Made by a program: the position numbers and the translations under genes
The notes under the pieces: generated by a model
The model's database searches: none
What the model was told of the DNA's origin: nothing
Seen by the model: only the letters and a program-made list of their open reading frames with translations
NCBI GenBank assembly: GCA_049610565.1
Contig: JBMYZR010000002.1
Coordinates: 38,536-102,535 of the forward strand
Reading direction: 5' to 3'
Origin: Flavobacteriales bacterium
GTDB taxonomy: Bacteria > Bacteroidota > Bacteroidia > Flavobacteriales_D > Sanyastnellaceae
DNA: 64,000 bases
In this document: positions 17,742 through 30,448 of the stretch, piece by piece
Layout: each line of letters begins with the position of its first letter
Numbering within the stretch: position 1 is the first letter of the stretch

Positions 17742-18146
17742 ATGAGCCGCACCAACATCGTCGTCATCCTGCTGGTGGCCGTGCTGATGGGCGCCCTGCT
17801 CAGCGTCTTCACCACCAACAGCGAATCCGTGGTCTTTGCCCGCGCCTTCGCCGAGCCCGGCATCGAATTCAAAGTGTCCGGAACCCTCGACACCGACCAC
17901 CCCGTCCTCTACGATCCGGAAGTGGCCGTGGCCGAGACGCGGTTCCACATGCGCGACAAGGACGGAGAGGTCCGGGAGGTCATCCTGAACAAGGCCAAGC
18001 CCACGGGCCTGGAGCAGTCCGAATCCATCGACCTCTATGGCCGCGTCGTCGACAGCACCTTCATCGCCGGCGACATGCTGATGAAGTGCCCGAGCAAATA
18101 CAACGAGCAGTCCCACAGCCTCGCCGAGGCCCAGGACGCGCCCTGA
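17742..18146 (+). CDS. ccmE: Heme chaperone CcmE, Cys-variant (KCPSKY instead of KHxxxY)
   Basis: N-terminal TM anchor, an OB-fold-sized body, and the C-terminal motif MLMKCPSKYNE, which aligns to E. coli VLAKHDENYTP. Confidence 0.75.
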   Translation: MSRTNIVVILLVAVLMGALLSVFTTNSESVVFARAFAEPGIEFKVSGTLDTDHPVLYDPEVAVAETRFHMRDKDGEVREVILNKAKPTGLEQSESIDLYGRVVDSTFIAGDMLMKCPSKYNEQSHSLAEAQDAP

Positions 18147-18156
18147 CCCCGAGCCC

Positions 18157-20963
<2,807 letters not shown>

Positions 20964-20967
<4 letters not shown>

Positions 20968-21749
20968 CCCGAGCGCACGTCATCGGCATGGGCCGTCTGG
21001 GCACGCATCTCGCGCAGCGGCTTGAGGCATTGGACATCGCCGTTACCCGGTGGAACCGAACGCCGGTGGACGGCGCACGCGATTTGTCGGAGTGGACGCC
21101 CGACGACCATCCCGACGCCGTCTTTCTCACCGTGTCCGACGATGCACTGGCTCCCTTGGCCGCCTCGCTTTCCGGTCACCTCAAACCGGACATCTGGCTC
21201 ATCCACCATGCGGGATCGGTGTCCCGCGATGTGCTGAATGCGGCAGGTTGCCAGACTGCAGTCTTGTGGCCGCCCATGACCTTCCAGCAGTCGAGCGCCC
21301 CGGACTGGTCCTCCCTGCCCCTTGTGGTCGACACCGAACATGCCCCCATTCGCAGCTGGGCGCGCACATTGACCCCGAACTGCACGGATGTCCGTGGCGA
21401 CCAACGGAAAGAGCTCCACCTGGCCGCCGTCCTGCTCGGCAACCTCACCGCGGGCTGGATCGGTGCAGTCCAAGAGCACCTGCGCCTCCGGGGCTTGGAC
21501 GCCAAGGCCCTGTCCCCCCTGGTGGCCGCCAGCGTTCAGAAAGCCCTCGACAGTATCGCGCTCGACACCGTCACGGGACCCGCCGCCCGCAATGACAGGG
21601 CCACGTTGCTCCAACAAACCGACCTGCTGGGCGCCCACGACTCCGTGGGGGACCTGGCTGCCATCCACCGCATCCTGACCAACCGCATTCTGACCCACCA
21701 TGGACACGACCCCCTCCCTCCACTTCAAGCAGAGGCTCGCCGGAATTGA
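20964..21749 (+). CDS. Rossmann-fold protein, DUF2520-like (putative NAD(P)-dependent oxidoreductase)
   Basis: ATGA overlap with the ccmF stop. N-terminal VIGMGRLGTHLAQRL dinucleotide-binding loop. It lies next to kdsC, a pairing I recall for DUF2520 genes in Bacteroidota. Confidence 0.55.
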
Positions 21750-22236
21750 AGCCTTTGTCTTCGACAACGACGGCGTCTTCACCAACGGCACGGTCTATCT
21801 CATGCCCGGCGGAGAACAAGTCCGCACCGCGAGCACGCGCGATGGCTACGCCGTTCAGCATGCCGCCAAATGCGGGCTGAAGATGGCCATGATCACGGGA
21901 GGATACAGCGACGAAGTGATTCGCCGGATGAATGGACTCGGCGTGACCGAGGTCATCACGGGTGCGGCCGTGAAGCTTGGCGAGATGGAGGCCCTCTGCA
22001 CACGCTGGGGGCTTGCGCTCGACCAAGTCTGCTACATGGGCGACGACATCCCGGACATTCCGGTCCTCAAAGCGGTCGGCCTGTCCTGCTGTCCCCAAGA
22101 CGCGGTCCCCGAGGTGCGTGCGGTCTGTGACTACGTGAGCCGGGTTCGTGGTGGCGAAGGATGCGTTCGTGACATTCTGGAGCAAGCCATGAAAGTGAAG
22201 GGGATGTGGATGAATGACCTCGCCCACGCGTGGTGA
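21700..22236 (+). CDS. kdsC: 3-deoxy-D-manno-octulosonate 8-phosphate phosphatase (HAD-IIIA, KdsC)
   Basis: FVFDNDGVFTNG HAD motif I, ITGG, and GDDIPD motif. About 178 aa. It overlaps the upstream gene by 50 nt. Confidence 0.75.
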   Translation: MDTTPSLHFKQRLAGIEAFVFDNDGVFTNGTVYLMPGGEQVRTASTRDGYAVQHAAKCGLKMAMITGGYSDEVIRRMNGLGVTEVITGAAVKLGEMEALCTRWGLALDQVCYMGDDIPDIPVLKAVGLSCCPQDAVPEVRAVCDYVSRVRGGEGCVRDILEQAMKVKGMWMNDLAHAW

Positions 22237-22241
22237 ACGCG

Positions 22242-22249
22242 TAAGTTTG
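22242..22249 (+). promoter_or_regulatory. Perfect -7 box TAAGTTTG, 7 nt upstream of the yidC ATG
   Basis: The sequence reads TAAGTTTG-CCGCCGA-ATG(22257). Confidence 0.45.
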
Positions 22250-22256
22250 CCGCCGA

Positions 22257-24062
22257 ATGGACCGCAATACGATCACAGGGTTCTTGCTGATTTTCGCGAT
22301 GGTCATCGTGTATCAGCTGTACTTCGTGCCCGCCCCCGAAGTGCTTCCTGAAGGCCAATCCCAGGCCGTTTCCACGCCGGAGACCCCCTCTCCGGTTTCC
22401 CGTTTTCCTGAATCCAGCATCGATGGCATCGTGGACAGCACCTACGTGTCCCGCACCGCCACCCTGCGTTCGGATGTGCTCGAGGTCGTGCTCACCACCG
22501 ACGGGGGTGCGCCGCAGCGGGCCACACTGAAGGACGGCTATCTGGATTACTGGAACCAGGCCCCCATCCAACTCTGGACCGAAGGCGGCTCCGACATGAA
22601 CTTCATTGCGCGCGGTGAAGGCTCGTACGACCAGCGGTTCGACGTGGTTTCCGAAGACGCCGGCAAGGTGGTCTTGGCCAACCGGGGCGACGGCCCATTG
22701 CGGACGCTCACTTACACCATCGACGGCTACCTCCTCGATGTGGAGGCCGAATTCTCCGACGCCCGCGGGCAAATGGGTTTCCAATGGCAGGCCGACGGTG
22801 CCCACAACGAAAAGGGCATCGACGTGGAACGCCAGAAAAGCAGCATCTACTACCGGGAGCAGGGCCGCGGCCGCGATTACCTGAGCGAGGGAACCGACAA
22901 GTCCACCGACATCGAGGACCCGGTCGAATGGGTCGCCTTCAAGCAGAACTACTTCTCGGCCATCGTCGGGACGGACGTGGGGTTCAATTCCGGCAGACTG
23001 CGCAGCTTGCCGCCAGTGGATGCCGCGGACACCAGCTTCACCATGCGGTATGGCATGGACGTCACGCTCCCCACCCAGACCGTGGATGGTCGCGAGGTCG
23101 CTGAACTCCGCTTCTACTTCGGTCCCAACGACGTCTCGAAACTCAAGACCACCGGCTGGGATGAGATTGGCCGGGTCATCGACTTCGGATGGTGGATTTT
23201 CGGGTGGATCAACCGCAACGTCATCTTCCCCATCTACGCGTTCCTCGCAGGATTCATCGGGTCGGCCGGTCTGATCATTCTCGTGCTGACCCTCCTCATC
23301 AAATCCGTGCTCTTCCCCATCACATGGAAGAACTACGTCAGCTCGGCGAAGATGCGGGTCCTGAAGCCGGACATGGAGGCCATTCACGCCAAGTATCCCG
23401 ACCAGGACGACGCGATGGAACGGCAGCAGGAGACGATGAAGCTGTACCGGGACAGCGGAGTGAATCCATTGGCGGGCTGCATTCCGCAGCTCATCCAGAT
23501 GCCGCTGCTTTACGCCATGTTCCGGTTCTTCCCGGCCAACATCGAGCTCCGCGGCAAGAGCTTCCTGTGGGCGGATGACCTCGGCGCCTTCGACAGCATC
23601 CTCGACCTGCCCTTCGAGATCCCGTTCTACGGGGCGCACGTCTCGGGCTTCACCGTCCTCATGGCCGGCTCCATGTTCGTGTACATGAACCAGACCATGG
23701 CTCAACAGGCCGCGCCCACGCAGCCCGGCATGCCCGACATGCGCGTCATCGGCCGCATCATGCCGTTCTTCATGTTGTTCTTCTTCAACAAGTTCGCCAG
23801 CGGCCTCAGCCTGTACTACTTCATCGCCAACCTGATCACCATCGGGCAGGTCACGACGGTCAAGAAGTTCTTCATCGACGAGGACAAGATCCGCGAGAAA
23901 ATCAAGGCCAAGCAGGCCGAGCCCAAGGACGAGACGAAGAAGAAAAGCAGCTTTGCCGAGCGCCTCGAGGCCATGCAGAAGGAGCAACAGAAGAAGGCCG
24001 AGGAGATGAAGCTCCAGCGCGACCAGGCCCGCAAGGCCCGCAACCAGAAACGCAAGAAGTGA
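22257..24062 (+). CDS. yidC: Membrane protein insertase YidC
   Basis: N-terminal TM helix, a large periplasmic domain, and the conserved C-terminal core (GCIPQLIQMPLLYAMFRFF, YYFIANLITIGQ). Lys-rich tail. About 600 aa, typical of Bacteroidota. Confidence 0.85.
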   Translation: MDRNTITGFLLIFAMVIVYQLYFVPAPEVLPEGQSQAVSTPETPSPVSRFPESSIDGIVDSTYVSRTATLRSDVLEVVLTTDGGAPQRATLKDGYLDYWNQAPIQLWTEGGSDMNFIARGEGSYDQRFDVVSEDAGKVVLANRGDGPLRTLTYTIDGYLLDVEAEFSDARGQMGFQWQADGAHNEKGIDVERQKSSIYYREQGRGRDYLSEGTDKSTDIEDPVEWVAFKQNYFSAIVGTDVGFNSGRLRSLPPVDAADTSFTMRYGMDVTLPTQTVDGREVAELRFYFGPNDVSKLKTTGWDEIGRVIDFGWWIFGWINRNVIFPIYAFLAGFIGSAGLIILVLTLLIKSVLFPITWKNYVSSAKMRVLKPDMEAIHAKYPDQDDAMERQQETMKLYRDSGVNPLAGCIPQLIQMPLLYAMFRFFPANIELRGKSFLWADDLGAFDSILDLPFEIPFYGAHVSGFTVLMAGSMFVYMNQTMAQQAAPTQPGMPDMRVIGRIMPFFMLFFFNKFASGLSLYYFIANLITIGQVTTVKKFFIDEDKIREKIKAKQAEPKDETKKKSSFAERLEAMQKEQQKKAEEMKLQRDQARKARNQKRKK

Positions 24063-24505
24063 ACCGGATCCTGATGCTCCTCCCGGTCCTGCTCTTGGTG
24101 GCGGGATGCAGCGGTCCTGCCGCCTACCTCAAGACCGCCGAGGAGCCCTGGTTGCGCTACGAGCGCACGCCCTGTTTCGGTCCCTGCCCCGCCTTCATCC
24201 TGGAGGTAGACTCCGATGGTGAAGCCCGGTACAACGGCCGCCGGAATGTGAAATTCGAGGGCACCTACCGCGGCCAGTGGGACGAGCAAACGCTCCGCAC
24301 CGTGGCCGAAGCCGCCCATCAAGCCGACCTGAAACGGAACGCCGGCGTGTACGACAATCCCCTCGTGACCGACCTGCCCACCAAACGCATTCTGCTTGGC
24401 GGACACGTCTTCGTCGACCGGATTGACGCGCCGCCGATGGACGGTCTGTACAGCGTCCTCGACAGCCTGATTTCCGTCACGGATTGGGCGGCCACGGGGC
24501 AATGA
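24059..24505 (+). CDS. Small lipoprotein, DUF6438-like
   Basis: GTGA overlap with the yidC stop, the lipobox LLVAGCSG, and a TPCFGPCPAF motif that I associate with DUF6438. Confidence 0.45.
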   Translation: MNRILMLLPVLLLVAGCSGPAAYLKTAEEPWLRYERTPCFGPCPAFILEVDSDGEARYNGRRNVKFEGTYRGQWDEQTLRTVAEAAHQADLKRNAGVYDNPLVTDLPTKRILLGGHVFVDRIDAPPMDGLYSVLDSLISVTDWAATGQ

Positions 24506-24515
24506 GCCCCTGCCC

Positions 24516-24523
24516 TATTTTCG
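24516..24523 (+). promoter_or_regulatory. -7 box TATTTTCG upstream of the S46 peptidase gene
   Basis: TAnnTTCG variant, 48 nt before ATG 24572. Confidence 0.3.
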
Positions 24524-24571
24524 CCGCGCGCACGGGAGCCTGAAATCGCCCGTGCCGAACGATTCAAATTC

Positions 24572-26782
24572 ATGAAGCACCGCATTTTCCTGCTGCTCTT
24601 CGCAGCATTCCAACTCGCCTCAATGCCGGCCAAGGCCGACGAAGGCATGTGGCTCCTGCACATGCTCCAGCGCATCAACGAGGCCGAAATGCAGCAGATG
24701 GGTCTCAACCTCTCCGCTGAAGACATTTACTCCCTCAACCAGGCTTGCCTCAAGGACGCCGTCATCACCCTCAACGGCGGAAGCTGCACGGCTGAGCTCA
24801 TTTCCAGCCAGGGACTCGTGCTCACCAACCACCACTGTGCCTACGGTGCAATCCAGGGCTTCAGCACGGTGGAGGACGACATCCTGACCAACGGATTCTG
24901 GGCCATGAGCCTCGAAGAGGAGAAGCCGATTCCGGACTTCAGCGTCACCTTCCTCCAGCGCATTGAGGACGTCACCGAGCGCGTGCTTGCCGACGTCACC
25001 GCCGACATGGACGAGGGCACCCGCCAGCAGACGATCCAGGCCGCCATCGGTCAGATCGAGGAGGAGGAGCGCGGCATCAGCCCCGACTTCCGTCCGCAGG
25101 TCAAGTCCTTCTACCACGCCAACGAGTTCTACCTCTTCGTGTACCGCGACTACACCGACATCCGCCTCGTCGGCAACCCGCCGGAGAGCATCGGCAAATT
25201 CGGTGGCGACACCGACAACTGGATGTGGCCCCGCCACACGGGCGACTTCTCCCTCCTTCGCATCTACGCCGACGCCGACAACAACCCGGCCGACTACAGC
25301 GAGACCAACGTCCCCTACCAGCCGAAGCGCCACCTCAAGGTCAGCCTCGACGGCGTCCAGAACGGCGACTTCACGATGATCATGGGCTACCCGGGCAGCA
25401 CCGACCGCTTCCTGAGCAGCCGGGGCATCCAGCAGGCCCTCGACCTCTACAACCCGAGTGTGGTCGACGTTCGCGACCTGAAGCTCAAGACCATGAAGAC
25501 GCACATGGACGCCGATCCGGCCGTCCGCATCCAGTACGCCGCCAAGTATGCCCAGACCGCCAACTACTGGAAGTACTACATCGGCCAGTCCAAGGGACTG
25601 AAGGCGCTCGACGTCTATGGCAAGAAGAAGGCCCTCGAGGATGAGTTCACCGCGTGGATGTCCGGCAATGCCGACCGCGAAGCCCTCTACGGAGAAACCC
25701 TCTCCATCCTCGACGAGTACTACGCCAACACCGACGCCACCGTCAAGGGGCAGGTCTACTCCCTCGAGGCCGGCCTCATCGGGTGCGACCTGATGCTCTT
25801 CGCCTTCCGCGTGGGCATGGGCGCACAGGGCCTCTTCAGCGAGGACGCCGACCGCGCCGCCGCTGCTGCTGCCTCCCTGCAGGACCGGGCTGATGGCTTC
25901 TTCAAGGATTACGACCAGTCCACCGACCGCGACCTTTTCATCCAGCTCATGACCAAGTACATGACCGACATCGCAGAGGACCAGCAGCCGGCCTTCTTTG
26001 CCACCGTGCGGGACAAGTACAAGGGAGACTTCGCCCGGTACGCCGACAAGATGTACCCCAAGAGCTTCCTCACCGACCCGGTGCGGTTCCAGGCGTTTCT
26101 CGCAGACCCCGACCAGAAGGCGCTGGACAAGGACCTCGCCGTGGCCGCAGCCATGAGCCTGATCGACACCTACCGCGGCTACTTCGCCTCCCCGGAGCAG
26201 AGCAAGTTCGACAAGGGCTACCGCCTGCTGACCGCCGGTCTCCGCGAGATGCAGCCGGAGAAGATGTGGTACCCGGACGCCAACTCCACCATGCGCCTCA
26301 GCTACGGCCAGGTCGGCGACTATGATCCCGCAGACGCCGTCCATTACGACTTCGTCACCACCGCCAACGGCATCCTCCAGAAAAAGGACAACAGCAATCC
26401 CGAGTTCGTCGTGGACCCGACGCTCGAGACGTTGATCCGCAACGAGGACTACGGCCGCTACGCCGACGAGAACGGCGACCTCGTGCTCTGCTTCATTTCC
26501 GGCAACGACATCACCGGCGGAAACTCCGGCAGCCCCGTGCTGAACGGAGACGGTGACCTCATCGGTCTCGCCTTTGACGGCAACTGGGAAGCCATGAGCG
26601 GCGACATCGCCTTCGAACCCGAGCTCCAGCGTACCATCAGCGTGGACATCCGCTACGTCATGTGGGTCATCGACAAGATGGCCGGTGCCCAGAACCTGAT
26701 TGACGAGATCGACTTCGTGACCACCCCCAAGCCGATGCCCGCTGCCGAAGAGGCTGCACCGGCCGTGGAGGAAGGCCGCTGA
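24572..26782 (+). CDS. S46-family dipeptidyl-peptidase (DPP7/DPP11-like)
   Basis: Signal peptide followed by the hallmark ADEGMWL. TNHHC catalytic His region and the GGNSGSPVLN catalytic Ser motif. About 736 aa. Confidence 0.85.
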   Translation: MKHRIFLLLFAAFQLASMPAKADEGMWLLHMLQRINEAEMQQMGLNLSAEDIYSLNQACLKDAVITLNGGSCTAELISSQGLVLTNHHCAYGAIQGFSTVEDDILTNGFWAMSLEEEKPIPDFSVTFLQRIEDVTERVLADVTADMDEGTRQQTIQAAIGQIEEEERGISPDFRPQVKSFYHANEFYLFVYRDYTDIRLVGNPPESIGKFGGDTDNWMWPRHTGDFSLLRIYADADNNPADYSETNVPYQPKRHLKVSLDGVQNGDFTMIMGYPGSTDRFLSSRGIQQALDLYNPSVVDVRDLKLKTMKTHMDADPAVRIQYAAKYAQTANYWKYYIGQSKGLKALDVYGKKKALEDEFTAWMSGNADREALYGETLSILDEYYANTDATVKGQVYSLEAGLIGCDLMLFAFRVGMGAQGLFSEDADRAAAAAASLQDRADGFFKDYDQSTDRDLFIQLMTKYMTDIAEDQQPAFFATVRDKYKGDFARYADKMYPKSFLTDPVRFQAFLADPDQKALDKDLAVAAAMSLIDTYRGYFASPEQSKFDKGYRLLTAGLREMQPEKMWYPDANSTMRLSYGQVGDYDPADAVHYDFVTTANGILQKKDNSNPEFVVDPTLETLIRNEDYGRYADENGDLVLCFISGNDITGGNSGSPVLNGDGDLIGLAFDGNWEAMSGDIAFEPELQRTISVDIRYVMWVIDKMAGAQNLIDEIDFVTTPKPMPAAEEAAPAVEEGR

Positions 26783-26805
26783 TCGACCGTCACCACCACC
26801 CAACG

Positions 26806-26836
26806 AAAAGCCCCGCCGATTTGGCGGGGCTTTTTG
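26806..26836. terminator. Bidirectional intrinsic terminator between convergent S46 peptidase and ppc genes
   Basis: AAAA-GCCCCGCC (26810-26817)-loop-GGCGGGGC (26823-26830)-TTTTT. Confidence 0.8.
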
Positions 26837-26856
26837 CATTCTCAGACGTCAGAGAT

Positions 26857-29355
26857 TCAGACGGCGTTGCGGCCGGCATTGATGATGCCGAACATCGTCC
26901 GCACAATGAGCTTCTCGAGCACACTGCGGTCAGCTGGCGCATCACCCTGATCGTCGAGCCACTGCAGGGCCGCCTGTTGGATGACGAGCAGCGGCAGGAT
27001 GATGCCTTCGCGCAGGTCGATGGATTCGGCGATGGCCGGGGCCCGCTCCATCAATTCCGTTTGTCCGGCGATGCGGAGGATCAATTTGCGCGACAATTCG
27101 AACTCCTCGCGGACCTTGCACCACAGGTCGCCAAACCGCTCGTCCTGCTCGAGGTGAGCCGTGAGGGCGAAGTTGCACTTGCGCATGCTCTGCATGCTGT
27201 TCTCCAGCAGGGCGGCGAACAGGGGCTGATCACGATACAACGCCGCAGCCTCCTCGAGTCTTCCCTCCTTCTTCAATTCCGCCAGCGCGGTGCCGATGCC
27301 GAAGAATCCAGGCACGTTCTGCTTGAGTTGGCTCCACGACCCCACAAACGGAATCGCCCGCAAATCATCCAGCGTCAGCGGTCCATCCTTCTTGCGGCTG
27401 GTCGGGCGGCTCGCGATGTTGGTCGCTCCGTAATGCTTGAGCGTGCCGTAGGTGGAGAGGTACTCCATGAACACGGGGTGGGCCTTGAGCGCGTTGTACT
27501 CGGCATAGCTGCGTTCGGCGAGTTGGTCCATCAACGCGCGCTGGTCGGTGGTCCACCGGGACTTTTCCGGATCGATCAACCGGTGCTGGATGCCCGCCGT
27601 GAGCAGCAGCTCCAGGTTGTAGGACGCGCTGCGTGGGGTGCCGAAGTTGGAGCTGATGGATTGCCCCTGGATGGTCGTCTGGACCTCCCGGGTGTCGACG
27701 TCGGGGCCGAGGCTGGCGTAGAACCGGTGCGTGTTGCCACCGCCGCGGGCTGGCGGGCCGCCACGGCCATCGAAAAAGACCACCTCCACGCCGCTCTCGC
27801 GGCACACGGCAGACAGCCGTTCCTTGGCCTGGTGGATGGACCAGTTGGCCCTCAGGTATCCGCCGTCCTTGGTTCCATCGCTGAAGCCGAGCATGACGTG
27901 CTGGACATTCTGGCGCTGGGCCACATGCTCCCGGTACTCGGCCGTGTCAAACAGGAGGCGCATCTGGTCAGGCGCACCGGCCAGGTCATCCACCGTCTCG
28001 AAGAGCGGCACGAAATCCAGCGCCATCGCGTCACCGGCGTGGGCATGCCGCGCCATGGTGTACAGCCGGATCACGTCTTCCGCGCCCCGACAGTTGCTGA
28101 TGATGAACCGGTGGCACCCCCGGGAACCATTCAATTGCTGGATCTCCCGGATTGAGCCCATGACCTCCCAGGCATCCCGAACCACCTCGTCGGTGTCCTC
28201 CGGCATGACGCTGGCCGTGTCACTGGCGAGCAACGCGGGGATGCCCTCCGGCAGCCCCAAGGCGTCGGCGGACCGGCGCAACACCCGGCTGTCCTGCCGG
28301 ATGTCGATGGCCGCGAAATGCCGGCCGAACATCAGGATGGCCACACGCAACCGCGCAATGTCCTCAGCGTGCAATCCGCCGAAATCCTGGCGGACGCGCT
28401 CCTCGATGGCTTCGAGCCCCTCGAGTACCCCCTCGTCATCGAACACCTGGGAGTCGATGTCGAGGATGGCCTCCTCCACCCGCGACTGGAGGGCATCCAA
28501 CTCGATGTCGAGTCCCTTGAAGGTAATGCGGCGACGCAACTGGCGGAAGGACCGGCGGTAACACCGCAGCAGGGTGAGGCGGAGTCGACGGGCCACCCGC
28601 AGGGTCGTGCCGGCATCCACGTACGGGTTGCCGTCCCGGTCACCGCCCGGCCAGAACCCCACGGAGAACAAACCGGCTGCCGTGTCGAGGGACACTCCGG
28701 TGGACGCCGCCACCCGGAGGGCCAATTTGGGCAAGGCCTCGAAGAACACATGCTCGAGGTACCAGCTCTGGCGGACCGCCTCCTCATACGGCGTCGGCTT
28801 CTTGGTCTGGAAGAACGGCGTCAAGCCCAGCTGGTGGAGCAGGTTGTGGGCACTCTCCAGGTCTCCCGCCTCGATCCTCGCCGTCAAATCGGTGATGATG
28901 CCCAGGGCCGTTCCCGGATAGAACTGCGTGGGGTGGGCCGTCAACACAACCCGCACATGTTGGCCCTCCAAGGCATCGGCCAAGGCCTCTTCCAGCCCGC
29001 GGCGGGCAATCCGGGGCAGGATGCCGGCGAGGGACTCCGCGCCTTCGAGATCATTGAGCCGGTCATAGCGGGCATCCTCGAGGGCATCCACCAAAACGAC
29101 CTGGCGCTCGATGTACTGGACATACCGGAACAGCAGGCCAATGCGCTCCTCCTCCGGCAGGTGAACCTCTTCCAGGTGTTCCGCGAGGAGGTCCATGGGC
29201 GACCGCCCGTCCGCGAGTCCTTCCCGACAGGCTTCCGCGAACAGCGGCACGCGGAGTCCCGTTCCCCGGATGCCGTCGAGCGGCAAAGTCAGGAAGATGC
29301 TGTTGTAGACTTCAAAGGGGCGCGCCACAGCGGACGCGTAGGTCGAATGCTCCAT
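26857..29355 (-). CDS. ppc: Phosphoenolpyruvate carboxylase
   Basis: VLTAHPTQ, MLGFSDGTKDGGYL, FDGRGGPPARGGG and a C-terminal NAGRNAV-type ending. 832 aa. Confidence 0.9.
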   Translation of the reverse strand: MEHSTYASAVARPFEVYNSIFLTLPLDGIRGTGLRVPLFAEACREGLADGRSPMDLLAEHLEEVHLPEEERIGLLFRYVQYIERQVVLVDALEDARYDRLNDLEGAESLAGILPRIARRGLEEALADALEGQHVRVVLTAHPTQFYPGTALGIITDLTARIEAGDLESAHNLLHQLGLTPFFQTKKPTPYEEAVRQSWYLEHVFFEALPKLALRVAASTGVSLDTAAGLFSVGFWPGGDRDGNPYVDAGTTLRVARRLRLTLLRCYRRSFRQLRRRITFKGLDIELDALQSRVEEAILDIDSQVFDDEGVLEGLEAIEERVRQDFGGLHAEDIARLRVAILMFGRHFAAIDIRQDSRVLRRSADALGLPEGIPALLASDTASVMPEDTDEVVRDAWEVMGSIREIQQLNGSRGCHRFIISNCRGAEDVIRLYTMARHAHAGDAMALDFVPLFETVDDLAGAPDQMRLLFDTAEYREHVAQRQNVQHVMLGFSDGTKDGGYLRANWSIHQAKERLSAVCRESGVEVVFFDGRGGPPARGGGNTHRFYASLGPDVDTREVQTTIQGQSISSNFGTPRSASYNLELLLTAGIQHRLIDPEKSRWTTDQRALMDQLAERSYAEYNALKAHPVFMEYLSTYGTLKHYGATNIASRPTSRKKDGPLTLDDLRAIPFVGSWSQLKQNVPGFFGIGTALAELKKEGRLEEAAALYRDQPLFAALLENSMQSMRKCNFALTAHLEQDERFGDLWCKVREEFELSRKLILRIAGQTELMERAPAIAESIDLREGIILPLLVIQQAALQWLDDQGDAPADRSVLEKLIVRTMFGIINAGRNAV

Positions 29356-29398
29356 GGAGTACAGGATTGCGTTGAATCCGGAGCATTGCCGGCTTCTC

Positions 29399-29406
29399 CA
29401 AAATTA
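29399..29406 (-). promoter_or_regulatory. Perfect -7 box TAATTTTG upstream of ppc
   Basis: Minus-strand TAATTTTG, 43 nt before ATG 29355. Confidence 0.4.
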
Positions 29407-29448
29407 CAACGCAGCCCCCTCCCCGGTTCGGTTCCTTGCCCCGCCCGC

Positions 29449-29456
29449 TAACTTCG
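29449..29456 (+). promoter_or_regulatory. -7 box TAACTTCG, 4 nt upstream of the aldo/keto reductase ATG
   Basis: The sequence reads TAACTTCG-CGGC-ATG(29461). Confidence 0.4.
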
Positions 29457-29460
29457 CGGC

Positions 29461-30444
29461 ATGGAATACCGCAGACTGGGGCGCAGCGGCCTTCAATTGT
29501 CCGAACTCTCGTTCGGAAGCTGGATCACCTTCGGCAACCAGATCGAGGACGGCACGAGTGGCCGGCTGCTGGACATGGCCTACGACGCCGGCATCAATTT
29601 CTTTGACAATGCGGAGGTATACGCCCACGGAGCCTCCGAGGAAGTCATGGGCCGGCTCCTCGCCCAACGCGACTGGCCGCGCGACACGTGGTGTGTGTCC
29701 TCCAAGGTGTTCTTCGGGGCCGGTGGCCAATTGCCCACCCAGCGCGGGCTGCACCGCAAGCACGTCGTCGAGGCCTGCCATGACGCCCTGAAGCGGTTGC
29801 GGGTCGATTACCTCGACCTCTTCTTCTGCCACCGCCCGGACAAGCAGACCCCCATGGAGGAAACGGTGTGGACCATGCACCAGCTGATTCAACAAGGCAA
29901 AATCCTCTACTGGGGAACGAGCGAATGGAGTGCAGCAGAAATCATGGACGCCCACCGGATCGCCGAGCGGCACCACCTCATCGGCCCGGTCATGGAGCAG
30001 CCTCAATACAACATGTTCGTGCGCCGCAAGGTGGAGGTGGAGTACCAGGACGTCTACCGCACGGTGGGCCTGGGCACCACCATCTGGAGCCCCCTGGCCT
30101 CCGGCCTTTTGACCGGCAAATACAACCGAGGCGCCAGTGCTGATGTCCGCCTCAAGCGCGACGAACTGAGCTGGCTGGCAGACATTGTCCTCAATGAAAA
30201 GAACCTCGCCAAGGTGGAGCGCCTCGGCGATCTCGCCGGAGACCTCGGCACGACCCTGCCCAAGCTCGCGCTGGCGTGGTGCCTCAAGAATCCGGACGTC
30301 TCGACGGTCCTCCTCGGGGCGTCGAAGCCGGAACAACTCGAGGAGAACCTGGGCGCACCCGCTGTGGTCCCCCTCCTGACCGAGAACGTCATGGCCCGCA
30401 TCGACGAGATCCTCGACAACGCGCCTGCCCACCCTGAATACTGA
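29461..30444 (+). CDS. Aldo/keto reductase (Kv-beta-like subfamily)
   Basis: [32 protein letters not shown], and the [10 protein letters not shown] and YWGTSEWS motifs. 327 aa. Confidence 0.85.
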   Translation: MEYRRLGRSGLQLSELSFGSWITFGNQIEDGTSGRLLDMAYDAGINFFDNAEVYAHGASEEVMGRLLAQRDWPRDTWCVSSKVFFGAGGQLPTQRGLHRKHVVEACHDALKRLRVDYLDLFFCHRPDKQTPMEETVWTMHQLIQQGKILYWGTSEWSAAEIMDAHRIAERHHLIGPVMEQPQYNMFVRRKVEVEYQDVYRTVGLGTTIWSPLASGLLTGKYNRGASADVRLKRDELSWLADIVLNEKNLAKVERLGDLAGDLGTTLPKLALAWCLKNPDVSTVLLGASKPEQLEENLGAPAVVPLLTENVMARIDEILDNAPAHPEY

Positions 30445-30448
30445 TCCG

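Noticed and set aside
21700-21749. A 50-nt overlap between the DUF2520-like gene 3' end and the kdsC 5' end. It might be a frameshift or fusion.
   Set aside because: Both reading frames give sensible termini. The KdsC N-terminus before FVFDNDG has normal length, and there is no sign of a disrupted frame. It is probably a genuine overlap or a slightly late stop.
24620-26839. A 739-aa ORF exactly antisense to the S46 peptidase gene and almost the same length.
   Set aside because: This is a mirror ORF typical of GC-rich DNA. The sense gene avoids the codons TTA, CTA and TCA, so the complementary frame has no stops. The translation is Val/Gly/Asp/His/Ala-rich with no recognisable motif, while the sense strand has unambiguous S46 signatures.
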